Origin: an uncultured Bacteroidota bacterium
Lineage (GTDB): Bacteria > Bacteroidota > Bacteroidia > UBA4408
Reading direction: 5' to 3'
Assembly (NCBI GenBank): GCA_903840505.1
Contig: CAIMGI010000187.1
Location: 18,812 to 82,811 of the forward strand
Length of the DNA: 64,000 nt
Shown: in pieces, positions 38,316-48,416 of the stretch
Position numbering within the stretch: the stretch's first letter is position 1
How the letters are laid out: each line of letters opens with the position of its first letter
Made by a program: the position numbers and the translations under genes
The notes under the pieces: generated by a model
Told to the model about the DNA's origin: nothing
Databases searched by the model: none
The model's input: the letters and a program-made list of their open reading frames with translations, nothing else

Positions 38316-39875
38316 ATGAAAAACACACACGTATGGTTCCTCCTCTTATTGCTTTTTACTAAAGTACTAGTTGCGCAACCTCAAAAGCCTATTAAGTTTA
38401 AAAAGACCACTTCCGGTTTGGAGTATGCTATCATTAAAAAAGGGCAAGGCAAAAAAGCGAAAATCGGGAATAGGATTTTTTTGAATTATTTTTCTAGAAT
38501 AAAACTCGATAGCATTTTTGATAGTAACAACAATAAATATCCATACAGTTTTATATTAGGACAAGGTGATGTTTTAAAAGGTTGGGACGAAGGTATTGCA
38601 TTGTTGAGTGAAGGGGATAGTGCTGTTTTTCGCATTCCTCCACAATTGGCATTTGGTGAAAAGAAAATTGCTAAGATACCTTCTAATACTACTTTTTTGC
38701 TTGAAGTAAAGATTTTAAAAGTAGAAGAAGCATTTTACGATGGAAAACAAAAAGACACTGTACAGCTTGCCCTTGGGTTAAAAAAGATTTTGATAAAAAG
38801 TAGCACCGGTAAACCTGCTAGGTCATTCATGGGTGTAACATTAAATTACACAGGATATTACATTAATGACAAAAAACAAAAAAGAATATTCGAATCTTCT
38901 TATGTTACTGGCTTGCCCGCATCTTTTCAATTGGGAACAGAGCGCTTTTTGAAAGGGCTGGATATTGGTATAGCAGGAATGAAGATTGGGGAAAAATCCA
39001 TTTTTATTCTTAGTCCTGAAATGTCGTATGGAACTAAACCTGCAGGAGAGGTGCCTCTTGGAGCAATAGTCTATTTTGATATAGAATTATTGGCAGTAAA
39101 CAATCCATTTTTTGATGCAAGCGGAAAGGATACTATTAAAACAAAAAGTGGCTTAGCTATTATAGTTATTGATCCGGGGGCAGGACCGTTAATAAATAGA
39201 GGAAATTATATTACGATGCATTATACAGGTTTTTTAAAAAATGGAGAAGGAAATAAAATAATATTTGATAATACCATTGAGAGGAAACAACCGGTTGTGT
39301 TCAGGCCAAATTCCCCCAACTTATTAAAAGGATGGACAGAAGCCTCTTTATTGCTTCGCAAAGGGGCAAAAGCCATTTTAATAATCCCTCCTCAATTGGC
39401 TTACGGAGACATAGAGTTATCAAGGGTTCCAAAAAACTCAACGGTTTTTTTTGATATTGAAATAACGAATGTAAGCGAACCATTTTTTAATGTAACCAAT
39501 AAAGATACGGTTACATTGAGCTCAGGCTTAAAATATATCGTTGCAGCCTATGGAGATGGAGTGCTACCAAATCCAATAAAAGCTTTTACGGGGAAAGTTG
39601 TGGTTGTAAATTATGTGGGATTTATTTTAGACTCTTTACGTAAGCCCATTGTTTTTGATACATCAATTGAAAGAGGTAACCCGCTTGAATTTAAACTAGG
39701 AGCAGGTAAAGTAATTAAGGGGATGGAAGAGGGTGTTTTAGGTATGCATATGGGAGAAAAAAGAAGATTGATTATTCCTGGGAACTTAGGATACGCAGAA
39801 AAAGGTATCCCACCGCTTATACCATCCGATGCTACACTTTATTTTGATATTGAATTAGTGAAGGTGTTAAAGTAA
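38316..39875 (+). CDS. Secreted FKBP-type peptidyl-prolyl cis-trans isomerase with four tandem FKBP domains
   Basis: Signal peptide, then four ~100-aa units each with FKBP signatures (GW.EG...L..G....IPP.LAYG......IP.N.TL.F.IEL). It lies 25 bp downstream of the fibre operon on the same strand. Confidence 0.75.
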   Translation: MKNTHVWFLLLLLFTKVLVAQPQKPIKFKKTTSGLEYAIIKKGQGKKAKIGNRIFLNYFSRIKLDSIFDSNNNKYPYSFILGQGDVLKGWDEGIALLSEGDSAVFRIPPQLAFGEKKIAKIPSNTTFLLEVKILKVEEAFYDGKQKDTVQLALGLKKILIKSSTGKPARSFMGVTLNYTGYYINDKKQKRIFESSYVTGLPASFQLGTERFLKGLDIGIAGMKIGEKSIFILSPEMSYGTKPAGEVPLGAIVYFDIELLAVNNPFFDASGKDTIKTKSGLAIIVIDPGAGPLINRGNYITMHYTGFLKNGEGNKIIFDNTIERKQPVVFRPNSPNLLKGWTEASLLLRKGAKAILIIPPQLAYGDIELSRVPKNSTVFFDIEITNVSEPFFNVTNKDTVTLSSGLKYIVAAYGDGVLPNPIKAFTGKVVVVNYVGFILDSLRKPIVFDTSIERGNPLEFKLGAGKVIKGMEEGVLGMHMGEKRRLIIPGNLGYAEKGIPPLIPSDATLYFDIELVKVLK

Positions 39876-40001
39876 TTATTTTATAAGCAGGCTTTTCTTC
39901 TTCCGTTACATTTCGCCACTCACCAAGGTTTAGGTTTCAAAGCAAATAGACACTTACCATTATCAAATACTATTTTTAATTACATTTGGTTTTCAAAAAT
40001 T

Positions 40002-42149
40002 ATGCCCAATATGAAAAAAGCCCTTATTCCTTTACTATTATTTTTTATTTTCTGTGAATTTTCAACCGCTCAAAATAAACTTTTTACCCTTGAAGAGGCT
40101 GTTCTTAAACAACGTGCTCTTGCACCTAAATCTTTAACGCAGCTTTCGTGGATTCCGAATAGCACAAATTATGTGTATGTTGAGAATGGTGTATTAACAA
40201 TTACCAATGCAGCTACTGAAAAAGTAATAGGAAAGGTCGCATTGGTGGATATAAACAAGGAATTGGCGAAATTGAAATCGGTTGACACGCTTCCGAATTT
40301 TTTCGGGATTGATTGGGACAATTCAAATGTATTAATAGTGAAAACAAATAATCAACAGTTTCATTATGATTTAACTGCCAATAAAATAATAGAACAACGC
40401 AGTAATTTATTTACGGATGTGACTGAAAATACAGACGAAGAACCAACCCAAAAATCTAGAGCTTATACAGTAAAAAACAATCTCTTTGTTCAGGCAAATT
40501 CAAAAATAACGCAGGTAACCAAAGATGAAAATGAGAATATTGTAAATGGAAAATCGGTTCACCGTGAAGAGTTTGGGATTTACAAAGGAACTTTTTGGTC
40601 GCCCAAAGGGAATTTCCTTGCTTTTTACCGAATGGACCAAACAATGGTGAAGGATTATCCCATTTTAGATTTTAGTGCCAATCCCGCAGAAAACAAGAAT
40701 ATCAAGTATCCTATGGCGGGTGGAATAAGTCACGAAGTAACATTTGGTGTGTACGATGTGAAGAAAGACAAAACGACATTTTTAGAAACAGGCAGTCCAA
40801 AGGATCAATATCTAACAAATGTTGCTTGGAGTAATGATGAGACAAAAGTATACATAGCTATTTTGAATCGCGACCAGAATCATATGATGCTGAACAGCTA
40901 CAATGCTACTACAGGAAAGTTTATTCAGACACTTTTTGAAGAGAAAGGTGAAAAATATGTTCAGCCATTACACCCCTTGGAATTTATTAACGACAATAAT
41001 TTTATTTGGCAAAGCGAACGGGATGGACACAACCACATTTACTTGTATGACATCAGTGGAAAATTAATAAAACAACTCACAAAAGGAAACTGGGAAGTGT
41101 TGGCTGTAAATGGTTTTGATGCTAAAGGGCAGCAAATTTATTTTTCAGCTTCAACGGAAAATCCTATAAATAAAGATGTATATAAAGTAGATCTAAAAAG
41201 TGGGAAAGTAGCACGCATAACAAGCGGAGAAGGAACGCACAATGTTGTGTTTAATTACAACAAAGAGTACCTCATAGACTATTTCAGCAGTACCACTGTA
41301 CCACGCGAAATTGCTATTGTGAATACTGTAAAGCCAGCAAAGAAAATAATATTTAAGGCTGAAAACCCGCTAAAGGAATACAAAACAGGCAAACTAAATG
41401 TATTCACTATAAAAACCGAAAACAACATCGATTTGTTTTGCCGAATGGTTAAGCCGGTTGATTTCGATTCTACAAAAAAGTATCCCGTAATTGTTTATTT
41501 GTATAATGGTCCGGGCGTGCGCCTTATTTACAATACTTGGCAAGCCGGTGGCGACCTTTGGTATCAGTATATGGCGCAAAAAGGCTTTATTGTATTTACG
41601 GTAGATGGGCGTGGTTCGGAAGACAGGGGTGTGGCATTTGAACAAGCAACTTTTAAACAATTGGGAAATATTGAAATGGTGGATCAGCTAAAAGGTGTGG
41701 AGTATTTAAAATCCTTGCCTTATGTTGACGCTAACAGGATGGGCGTTCACGGCTGGAGCTATGGTGGCTTTATGACAACATCGTTGATGACAAGACACCC
41801 GGGAGTATTTAAAGTTGGTGTAGCGGGTGGTCCTGTGATTGATTGGAGCTATTACGAAATAATGTATACCGAACGTTTTATGGATACACCGCAAACAAAT
41901 AAAAAGGGCTACGATGAATCGAATTTGTTAAACTATGCGGACAAGTTAAAGGGGAAGTTGTTAATGATACACGGTACAAATGATGATGTTGTTGTGTGGC
42001 AACATAGTTTGATGTTTATAAAAAAATGTGTTGACAAAAATGTGCCGATAGATTATTTTGCCTATCCCGGACATCTTCACAATGTGTCGGGTAAAGATCG
42101 CTTACACCTGATGACAAAAATTACAGATTATTTTATTACGAATTTGTAG
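40002..42149 (+). CDS. S9 family serine peptidase, dipeptidyl-peptidase IV-like
   Basis: Signal peptide, an N-terminal beta-propeller region and a C-terminal alpha/beta hydrolase with the GWSYGGFMT nucleophile elbow and the catalytic D/H region (HGTNDDVV...HLH). Confidence 0.85.
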   Translation: MPNMKKALIPLLLFFIFCEFSTAQNKLFTLEEAVLKQRALAPKSLTQLSWIPNSTNYVYVENGVLTITNAATEKVIGKVALVDINKELAKLKSVDTLPNFFGIDWDNSNVLIVKTNNQQFHYDLTANKIIEQRSNLFTDVTENTDEEPTQKSRAYTVKNNLFVQANSKITQVTKDENENIVNGKSVHREEFGIYKGTFWSPKGNFLAFYRMDQTMVKDYPILDFSANPAENKNIKYPMAGGISHEVTFGVYDVKKDKTTFLETGSPKDQYLTNVAWSNDETKVYIAILNRDQNHMMLNSYNATTGKFIQTLFEEKGEKYVQPLHPLEFINDNNFIWQSERDGHNHIYLYDISGKLIKQLTKGNWEVLAVNGFDAKGQQIYFSASTENPINKDVYKVDLKSGKVARITSGEGTHNVVFNYNKEYLIDYFSSTTVPREIAIVNTVKPAKKIIFKAENPLKEYKTGKLNVFTIKTENNIDLFCRMVKPVDFDSTKKYPVIVYLYNGPGVRLIYNTWQAGGDLWYQYMAQKGFIVFTVDGRGSEDRGVAFEQATFKQLGNIEMVDQLKGVEYLKSLPYVDANRMGVHGWSYGGFMTTSLMTRHPGVFKVGVAGGPVIDWSYYEIMYTERFMDTPQTNKKGYDESNLLNYADKLKGKLLMIHGTNDDVVVWQHSLMFIKKCVDKNVPIDYFAYPGHLHNVSGKDRLHLMTKITDYFITNL

Positions 42150-42418
42150 AGAGCCAAGTTCAGATATTTTAATTAAGGTGTTATGTGCGGCTTTGCCTCA
42201 CACTCCAATTTCTTTTTCCTTGATGAAAAAGTAATCAAAAAATCAAGAGCAAACGCCATTTTCAGGTCTTCGTTTTGTCACACAAGCCTAAGCCATCAAT
42301 TTCCACGAAACCTGAAATTCGCACCGTTTGCTCATTTGCTCCCCACCTTTCTAACAAAATTATTCTAAACATCTTTAGAATGGCGTGTTAGCCCGAACAC
42401 ATTAGTCTGTGTTTTACA

Positions 42419-43366
42419 CTAATCCAGCTCAATTCCAATATGAATAAGCGCATCGCCTTGGCGTATTACCGGCATATTATTTATTCCCAAAATATAACCA
42501 TCAACAGGCGACACTAATTTTTGTTCTATTGCACCATAAGGATTGCAGAGCATTCCAACCAATTCTCCTTTTGAAACAAATGTCCCGTTTGATTTGGAAC
42601 AATGAAAAAGTCCGGAGTGTTTTGCTCTCACCCAAGTAGTTTTATCAATTTTAACCGATACACTTTCGGGTAGTTTGGCATCAATCATTCCTAAATGTTT
42701 CATCAATCGAAGACAACCATTTATTCCTTCATTGATAGCTTCGTAGTCGAAGCGGGATGATTCACCACCTTCAAATACCAAAATGGATTTGCCTTTTTTA
42801 GAAGCCTCTTTTCGGAGTGTATTGTCTCGGAAAGGAGAGTTGATAATAAGGGGTGCAGAGAAGGCTTCAGACAATTCTAAATTTTGATGAACATCAAATA
42901 CACAGCGTATTTGAGGATAGTTGCTTATTTTTGAACCTCCTGTGTGAAAGTCAATGCCATAATCTATTTGTGGAATTATTTCCTTCATTAAATCGTATGC
43001 GATTCTGCTTCCCAACGAACCATTTTTACTTCCCGGGAAGCAGCGGTTAAGGTCCCTGCCATCGGGTAGCTCGCGCGAACCGAATAAAAAGGAAACAATG
43101 TTAATGATTGGAATGGCAATGATGGTCCCCTTTATCGGATTAGTTACATCGCTCCGTGTAATTAGTTTTCTAATAATTTCAATTCCATTTATTTCATCAC
43201 CGTGCATACCAGCTTGCAAAAACAACACCGGACCATCTTCTTTTGAACGAAAAACAGAAACAGGAATTTGAACGGCTGTCTTCGTAGGAAGTGGATATTC
43301 GTTGAGAACAACTTGACGGTTTTCACCGGGCTGTATTTCTTGTCCGTTTATGGTTATTGTTCCCAT
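42419..43366 (-). CDS. Succinylglutamate desuccinylase/aspartoacylase (AstE/AspA) family zinc deacylase
   Basis: Zinc-ligand motifs HGDE (AGMHGDEING) and the downstream H/E residues, matching the family pattern. Length is 315 aa. Confidence 0.75.
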   Translation of the reverse strand: MGTITINGQEIQPGENRQVVLNEYPLPTKTAVQIPVSVFRSKEDGPVLFLQAGMHGDEINGIEIIRKLITRSDVTNPIKGTIIAIPIINIVSFLFGSRELPDGRDLNRCFPGSKNGSLGSRIAYDLMKEIIPQIDYGIDFHTGGSKISNYPQIRCVFDVHQNLELSEAFSAPLIINSPFRDNTLRKEASKKGKSILVFEGGESSRFDYEAINEGINGCLRLMKHLGMIDAKLPESVSVKIDKTTWVRAKHSGLFHCSKSNGTFVSKGELVGMLCNPYGAIEQKLVSPVDGYILGINNMPVIRQGDALIHIGIELD

Positions 43367-43888
43367 TTAGTTTTTCTCTTCTATTACAATTTTTAATTTT
43401 TCGTAGCTTTTTTGTTGCACATTTTTGAAATACGATTTTGATACTACAAACAATGATTTCCAAAAAATATTTTTCCCGCTTACCTTGTTATGTGCTGTAA
43501 TTAGGGTACGCTGACCTTTTGATGTAAAAACAATTTCGATATCGTTCGACATCATTTCGTTACTTAAATTAAAAGCAAACACTTCGTTTTCTTTGTAGGC
43601 AGTCATTGTTTCTATCAACTCCATCCTTTTACCTTCTTGTTTAACAACCAATTTCCATTTGCTGCCTACTTCATTTGGCCAACCGCTTATCGGTTCAATA
43701 AATTGAAAACCGGGAATCCATTTATACATATTGGATACATCATTGAATTCGGCAAATGTTTTTTCAATAGGTTTGTTTACTTCTACTACATTGTCGAATG
43801 AAAAAGTGGGAATGAATAATCCCAAAGAAAAAAAGAGAACAGCAAGTGCGAAAATTCCAATGACAATAAATCGCAATACTTTTTTCAT
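43367..43888 (-). CDS. Membrane-anchored SRPBCC-like (polyketide cyclase/START superfamily) protein
   Basis: N-terminal TM helix, then a ~140-aa domain with an SRPBCC-like pattern. The call is weak. Confidence 0.4.
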   Translation of the reverse strand: MKKVLRFIVIGIFALAVLFFSLGLFIPTFSFDNVVEVNKPIEKTFAEFNDVSNMYKWIPGFQFIEPISGWPNEVGSKWKLVVKQEGKRMELIETMTAYKENEVFAFNLSNEMMSNDIEIVFTSKGQRTLITAHNKVSGKNIFWKSLFVVSKSYFKNVQQKSYEKLKIVIEEKN

Positions 43889-45139
43889 TTATAATGCATT
43901 TTTTAATATTTCACCAAAACGAAATATGTCTTCAAAGGTATTGTATAAGGGTACGGGAGCCATACGAATAACATTGGGTTCGCGCCAATCGGCAATGATA
44001 CCGTTTTCTGTTAGTTTGTTAAAAAGCTCTTTCCCTTTACCGTGCGCGATAATAGAAATTTGGCAACCTCTTTCACTTTTGTTTCGTGGAGTAATGATTT
44101 CCAAGGGTTCGCCAATTTCATCTATTACAAATTCAAGGTAATCACTTAGTTTTTTGCTCTTTGCTACCAAAGCGTCCATTCCGGCTTCGTCAACAATATC
44201 AAGTGCAGCCAAATGTGCCGCCATAGAAAAAATAGGAGCATTACTTAGTTGCCACCCTTCGGCACCATCCATAGGTTTAAAACCTTTTTGCATTAAAAAG
44301 CGTGTTTCCTTTTCGTGTCCCCACCAACCTGCAAAACGAGGAAAATCATTGTGAGCGTGCTGTTGATGAACAAATATGCCTGATACACTGCCCGGTCCGC
44401 TATTAAGATATTTATAACTGCACCAAGCTGCAAAATCAACATTCCAATTGTGTAAATCTAATTTGATATTTCCGGCAGCGTGAGCAAGGTCGAAACCAAC
44501 ATAAGCACCAGCTTTATGCCCGGCTTCGGTAATGGTTTTCATATCAAACACCTGACCGCTGTAATAGTTTACTCCACCAATCATCACTAATGCCAATTCA
44601 TTTTTATTTTTTTCAATTGCAGCAATAATATCTTCGGTACGAATGCAATGTTCTCCTTCTCGGGGAGAAACTTCTACAATACTTGTTTCGGGATTATATC
44701 CGTGAAATTTTACTTGTGTTTCCAACACATATTGGTCGGAAGGAAAGGCTTTTGCTTCACAGAGTATTTTGTAACGTTGTGCTGTTGGTCGGTAAAAGGA
44801 AACCATCATCAGGTGAATGTTGATGCTTAACTGATTCATCAATACAACTTCTGAGGGCAAAGCCCCTACAACTTTTGCTGCTTTTTCGCTTAGCAATTCG
44901 TGATAGGAGAACCAAGGTTTTTTAGCTTGAAAATGACCTTCTACACCGTATTTAGCCCAGTCGTTTAATTCCTCTTGAATATAGCTTGCCGTTGTTTTAG
45001 GCTGCAAGCCCAAGGAATTTCCGGTAAAATAAATAACCTCTTTGTTGTTGTGTAAGGGAATATGAAATTGTTGTCTGAATTTTTTCAGCGCGTCTTCTTG
45101 GTCTAATTGTTTTGCAAAAGCAATATTATTCTGATACAT
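43889..45139 (-). CDS. kynU: Kynureninase
   Basis: PLP-dependent fold with conserved kynureninase blocks (YFTGNSLGLQP, FAAWCSYKYLNSGPG and the PLP-binding lysine region). Length is 416 aa. Confidence 0.85.
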   Translation of the reverse strand: MYQNNIAFAKQLDQEDALKKFRQQFHIPLHNNKEVIYFTGNSLGLQPKTTASYIQEELNDWAKYGVEGHFQAKKPWFSYHELLSEKAAKVVGALPSEVVLMNQLSINIHLMMVSFYRPTAQRYKILCEAKAFPSDQYVLETQVKFHGYNPETSIVEVSPREGEHCIRTEDIIAAIEKNKNELALVMIGGVNYYSGQVFDMKTITEAGHKAGAYVGFDLAHAAGNIKLDLHNWNVDFAAWCSYKYLNSGPGSVSGIFVHQQHAHNDFPRFAGWWGHEKETRFLMQKGFKPMDGAEGWQLSNAPIFSMAAHLAALDIVDEAGMDALVAKSKKLSDYLEFVIDEIGEPLEIITPRNKSERGCQISIIAHGKGKELFNKLTENGIIADWREPNVIRMAPVPLYNTFEDIFRFGEILKNAL

Positions 45140-45171
45140 ATTTTACGAAAGGTAAGGCATTAATTCAACAA

Positions 45172-45939
45172 TTATCTTGCACCCGTTTTAAATTTTTGAA
45201 TGGCGTTTTTGGTAAAATCAGAAAGTACAAGTTTGCCACTCATTTCAGCACGTTCTAAGAGTAAGTTATCCCAATGTTCTGTTCCTTGCCACATTGCTTT
45301 TTTTAGCAATAACATTGCTTCAGGATTGCTTTGTGATAGTTTGGTTGCAAGCGAATCAATAGCTTCGTCCATTTCGGAAACTGTATTGTACACTTCGGCA
45401 TACATATTTTTTTCCTTTGCCCATTGGGCTGTTTGCCATTCTGTTGCATTGATGGTTAATTGTGAAAATGCAGCAGTTCCTACTTTTCTTTCTACAGCCG
45501 GACCTACCACAAATGGTCCAATTCCTACTGCCAACTCACTTAATTTAACGGATGCGCTTTCAACGGCAAAAGTATAATCGGCAGCACAGGCAATTCCTAC
45601 ACCACCGCCTACAGCTTTTCCTTGTACTCGAGCAATTACAAATTTTGGTGCAGTACGCATTGCATTAATTACCATTGCAAAGCCCGAAAAGAATTTTTTG
45701 CCTTGTTCAAGATTTTCAATTGCAATAAGTTCGTCAAAGCTAGCTCCTGCACAAAATGCTTTTTCTCCCGCACTTTGCAAAACAATTACTTTTGCTTCGG
45801 GATTATTTCCAACTGCAGTGATTTCTTCGGCAAGCTTTCTCAATATTGCTCCGGGCAATGAGTTGCTTTGCGGATGTGAGAATGTTATATACCCAATTCC
45901 GTTTTTTATACTTGTTGAAACGTCTCCTTGATTTGACAT
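45172..45939 (-). CDS. Enoyl-CoA hydratase/isomerase (crotonase) family protein
   Basis: Crotonase signature (AFCAGASFDEL...GGGVGIACAADY). Length is 255 aa. Confidence 0.8.
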   Translation of the reverse strand: MSNQGDVSTSIKNGIGYITFSHPQSNSLPGAILRKLAEEITAVGNNPEAKVIVLQSAGEKAFCAGASFDELIAIENLEQGKKFFSGFAMVINAMRTAPKFVIARVQGKAVGGGVGIACAADYTFAVESASVKLSELAVGIGPFVVGPAVERKVGTAAFSQLTINATEWQTAQWAKEKNMYAEVYNTVSEMDEAIDSLATKLSQSNPEAMLLLKKAMWQGTEHWDNLLLERAEMSGKLVLSDFTKNAIQKFKTGAR

Positions 45940-45970
45940 AGTTTTATTTTTACGGTACTAAAATAAATAA

Positions 45971-46010
45971 AAAAGCACGAACCAAGGGCTCGTGCTTTTT
46001 TCTATAGATT
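45971..46010 (-). terminator. Rho-independent terminator-like hairpin (aaaagcacga-accaagggct-tcgtgctttt) with flanking T/A runs
   Basis: A perfect 10-bp inverted repeat lies downstream of the 46020-46466 minus-strand gene. It looks bidirectional because of flanking A and T runs. Confidence 0.6.
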
Positions 46011-46019
46011 TTTTTTCTT

Positions 46020-46466
46020 CTAGTTTTCTGTATAAGCAGGAAGTTTACCTTCTTTTATAAGTTGCATACTTTTAATTTTATGCTCCTCATAGTTTCCAAA
46101 ACAAAGCGCATCCAACATCTCACCGCGTTCCATTTTTGGATTACCAAATGCTTTTTTTATCTCATCCTGACAACGGTCAACGTATTTTTCAAAACGCTCG
46201 GGAGCCCAAATGTAATTGTGCTTCGTCCAGTCTGTTAACGTTCTATCAACAGCAAACTCTTGTGGTAAATTACCTTCAATTTTGCTTTTAATGGTAATGC
46301 CTTCGTACTTTTTAGGAAGTTGGCGGTTATCAAACAAAAAGGGTTTTGAAATATTAATGATGTGCGTCTTCTTCTTCGGATCAATCATCTGCATACCATT
46401 TATTTTTAAGCCTTTCTTCTTTAAAGGAGCAAATTTGGTCTCAAAATTCTTTAATATGTCTAACAT
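46020..46466 (-). CDS. Hypothetical protein
   Basis: Clean 148-aa ORF with no recognisable motif, followed by the terminator hairpin. Confidence 0.5.
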   Translation of the reverse strand: MLDILKNFETKFAPLKKKGLKINGMQMIDPKKKTHIINISKPFLFDNRQLPKKYEGITIKSKIEGNLPQEFAVDRTLTDWTKHNYIWAPERFEKYVDRCQDEIKKAFGNPKMERGEMLDALCFGNYEEHKIKSMQLIKEGKLPAYTEN

Positions 46467-46626
46467 TGGGAATGTGGGTTATTACGGTGTAAAGATACAA
46501 TAAAAGAATTGATTGTTAATAACTATTTTAGACTATTGATATTCAGTAACCTACCACTGTGGAAAAAAAACTGACGAAGCTCTGTTTTAAGGTGTCAAAT
46601 TTCCAATTTTAGACTACAAAATAGCC

Positions 46627-47112
46627 TTATTCCTTGTTTAAAATGGTATCCCATACCAAATCGGATTCAAATCCCCTGGAAATAGTGTAGTAGGCTGCTT
46701 TTTGGTTTTTTAACCGAATTGTACCCGCTTTAATACTGCTTAATTTTTTGTCTAATACTTGCTTTAATGTTTTCATATAATCCTGTGAATCAATCTCTTG
46801 CATTCCTTTTTTTATACAATAGTCGCTAATTTTCCTTTTTTTGAGTTCTATCTTGATTTTAACCCTACCCCATTTTTTGATTCTAAATTTTCCTCCCGCA
46901 AATGCTTTTGCAAAACGCTCTTCGTTTAAAAAATTATCGGTAATCAAATTGCTTATTGTGTTTTCAACAGCTTCTTGCCACAATCCCCATTCGTACAATT
47001 TATCCCTCACTTCTTGTTGGTGTCGCTCTTGGTAAGCACAATAGGATTGAGCCTTTTCCAAGGCCACCTTCTCGCTTGTTATCTTTTTAACGGGCTTCTT
47101 TTCTCTATCCAT
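46627..47112 (-). CDS. recX: Regulatory protein RecX
   Basis: 161 aa made of three helical repeats, with an N-terminal A.SYCAYQERHQQEVR..L motif typical of RecX. Confidence 0.7.
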   Translation of the reverse strand: MDREKKPVKKITSEKVALEKAQSYCAYQERHQQEVRDKLYEWGLWQEAVENTISNLITDNFLNEERFAKAFAGGKFRIKKWGRVKIKIELKKRKISDYCIKKGMQEIDSQDYMKTLKQVLDKKLSSIKAGTIRLKNQKAAYYTISRGFESDLVWDTILNKE

Positions 47113-47141
47113 CTTTTACAATTAGCTTTGTGCAAATATAA

Positions 47142-48416
47142 ATGCAAAATCGTACTCCTATATTATTGTTGCTAACAGCAAATGCCGTTTCGGGTTTTGC
47201 TCAGGGAATCAGTATGCTGGCCATTCCTTGGTATTTTATTGATGTGTTGCACAATGCATCCTTATTCGGACAAATATATGCGGTGATTACCTTCGGGGTA
47301 ATTATTTGGAGTTTATATGCCGGAGCCTTGGTGGACAGGTATTCCAGAAAAAAAATATTTTTGCTCTTATGTTTAATATGTGGTGTGGTTGTTTTTTCGG
47401 TTGCACTAATGGGTTATGCCTTGGGCTATGTTCCAATACCATTAATTATATTGGTTTTCGCCACTACGGTTTTTAATTATAATGTGCATTATCCTGCCCT
47501 ATATGCATTAAGTCAGGAAATTACTGAAAAGGGAAATTATGGTCGTTTAAATTCACTGATTGAAATTCAGGGACAAGCAACCAGTGTATTGTCGGGAGCT
47601 TTTGCTGCTGTATTGTTGTCGGGTGCCGAGAACGGAAAATTTAATTTATTGGGCTTAAGCCTTAACTTGCCTTTTAGTATTCCGAAGTGGAGTTTGGCGG
47701 ACATTTTTATGTTGGATGCAGCAACCTACTTTATTGCCATATTGCTCATAATGGGTATACGCTATACACCAACAGTAATAGATAAAATTGATGTAGGAAG
47801 TGTTTTAGAGCGTGTAAAAGGTGGAATCCTATTTTTGAAACAAAATAAATCCTTGTTTGTTTTTGGAAATGCATCCTATTCCATTTTTGCATTATTGTTG
47901 GTGGAGGTACATTTACTGCTGCCTTTATACGTAAAAAATTACTTAAATAGTGGTGCCGATGTATATGCCTCGGCCGAAATATATTATGCAATTGGTGCTT
48001 TGTTTGCCGGGTTTTTTATAAGAAAAGTATTTGCATCAGTTAAAACGGTATCAGCAATTTTAATGTTGATTGCACTTACCTCTTTGTTGTTATTTATTTG
48101 TTCAATTACACAAAGTGTACTTTACTTTTTCATATTTTCAATGCTCATAGGAATTACCAATGCAGGAACGAGGGTATTGAGGGTTACTTGGCTCTTTCAG
48201 CACATTCCAAATAATATTATTGGAAGAACAGGAAGTGTGTTTCAGGTAATAAACATTGTTACCCGCTCCTTATTTATTGCACTTTTTTCACTTGCTTTTT
48301 TCTCAGAAGGAACGAATGTAAGATGGTGCTATGCAATATTTGGTATTTATTTAATGTGTTCGTTTAGCTTGCTGTTTTTATTTTCAAAGAAGATAAATGC
48401 ATTGGAAAGGATTTAG
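47142..48416 (+). CDS. MFS transporter
   Basis: 12 predicted TM helices with an MFS-like motif between TM2 and TM3 ([11 protein letters not shown]). Length is 424 aa. Confidence 0.8.
   Translation: MQNRTPILLLLTANAVSGFAQGISMLAIPWYFIDVLHNASLFGQIYAVITFGVIIWSLYAGALVDRYSRKKIFLLLCLICGVVVFSVALMGYALGYVPIPLIILVFATTVFNYNVHYPALYALSQEITEKGNYGRLNSLIEIQGQATSVLSGAFAAVLLSGAENGKFNLLGLSLNLPFSIPKWSLADIFMLDAATYFIAILLIMGIRYTPTVIDKIDVGSVLERVKGGILFLKQNKSLFVFGNASYSIFALLLVEVHLLLPLYVKNYLNSGADVYASAEIYYAIGALFAGFFIRKVFASVKTVSAILMLIALTSLLLFICSITQSVLYFFIFSMLIGITNAGTRVLRVTWLFQHIPNNIIGRTGSVFQVINIVTRSLFIALFSLAFFSEGTNVRWCYAIFGIYLMCSFSLLFLFSKKINALERI

Noticed and set aside
46467-46626. Direct repeat ATTTTAGACTA (x2) in the spacer upstream of recX
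   Set aside because: The repeat is short, the spacer is AT-rich and only two copies are present, so it may be chance. It could be a promoter element, but I cannot support that from sequence alone.
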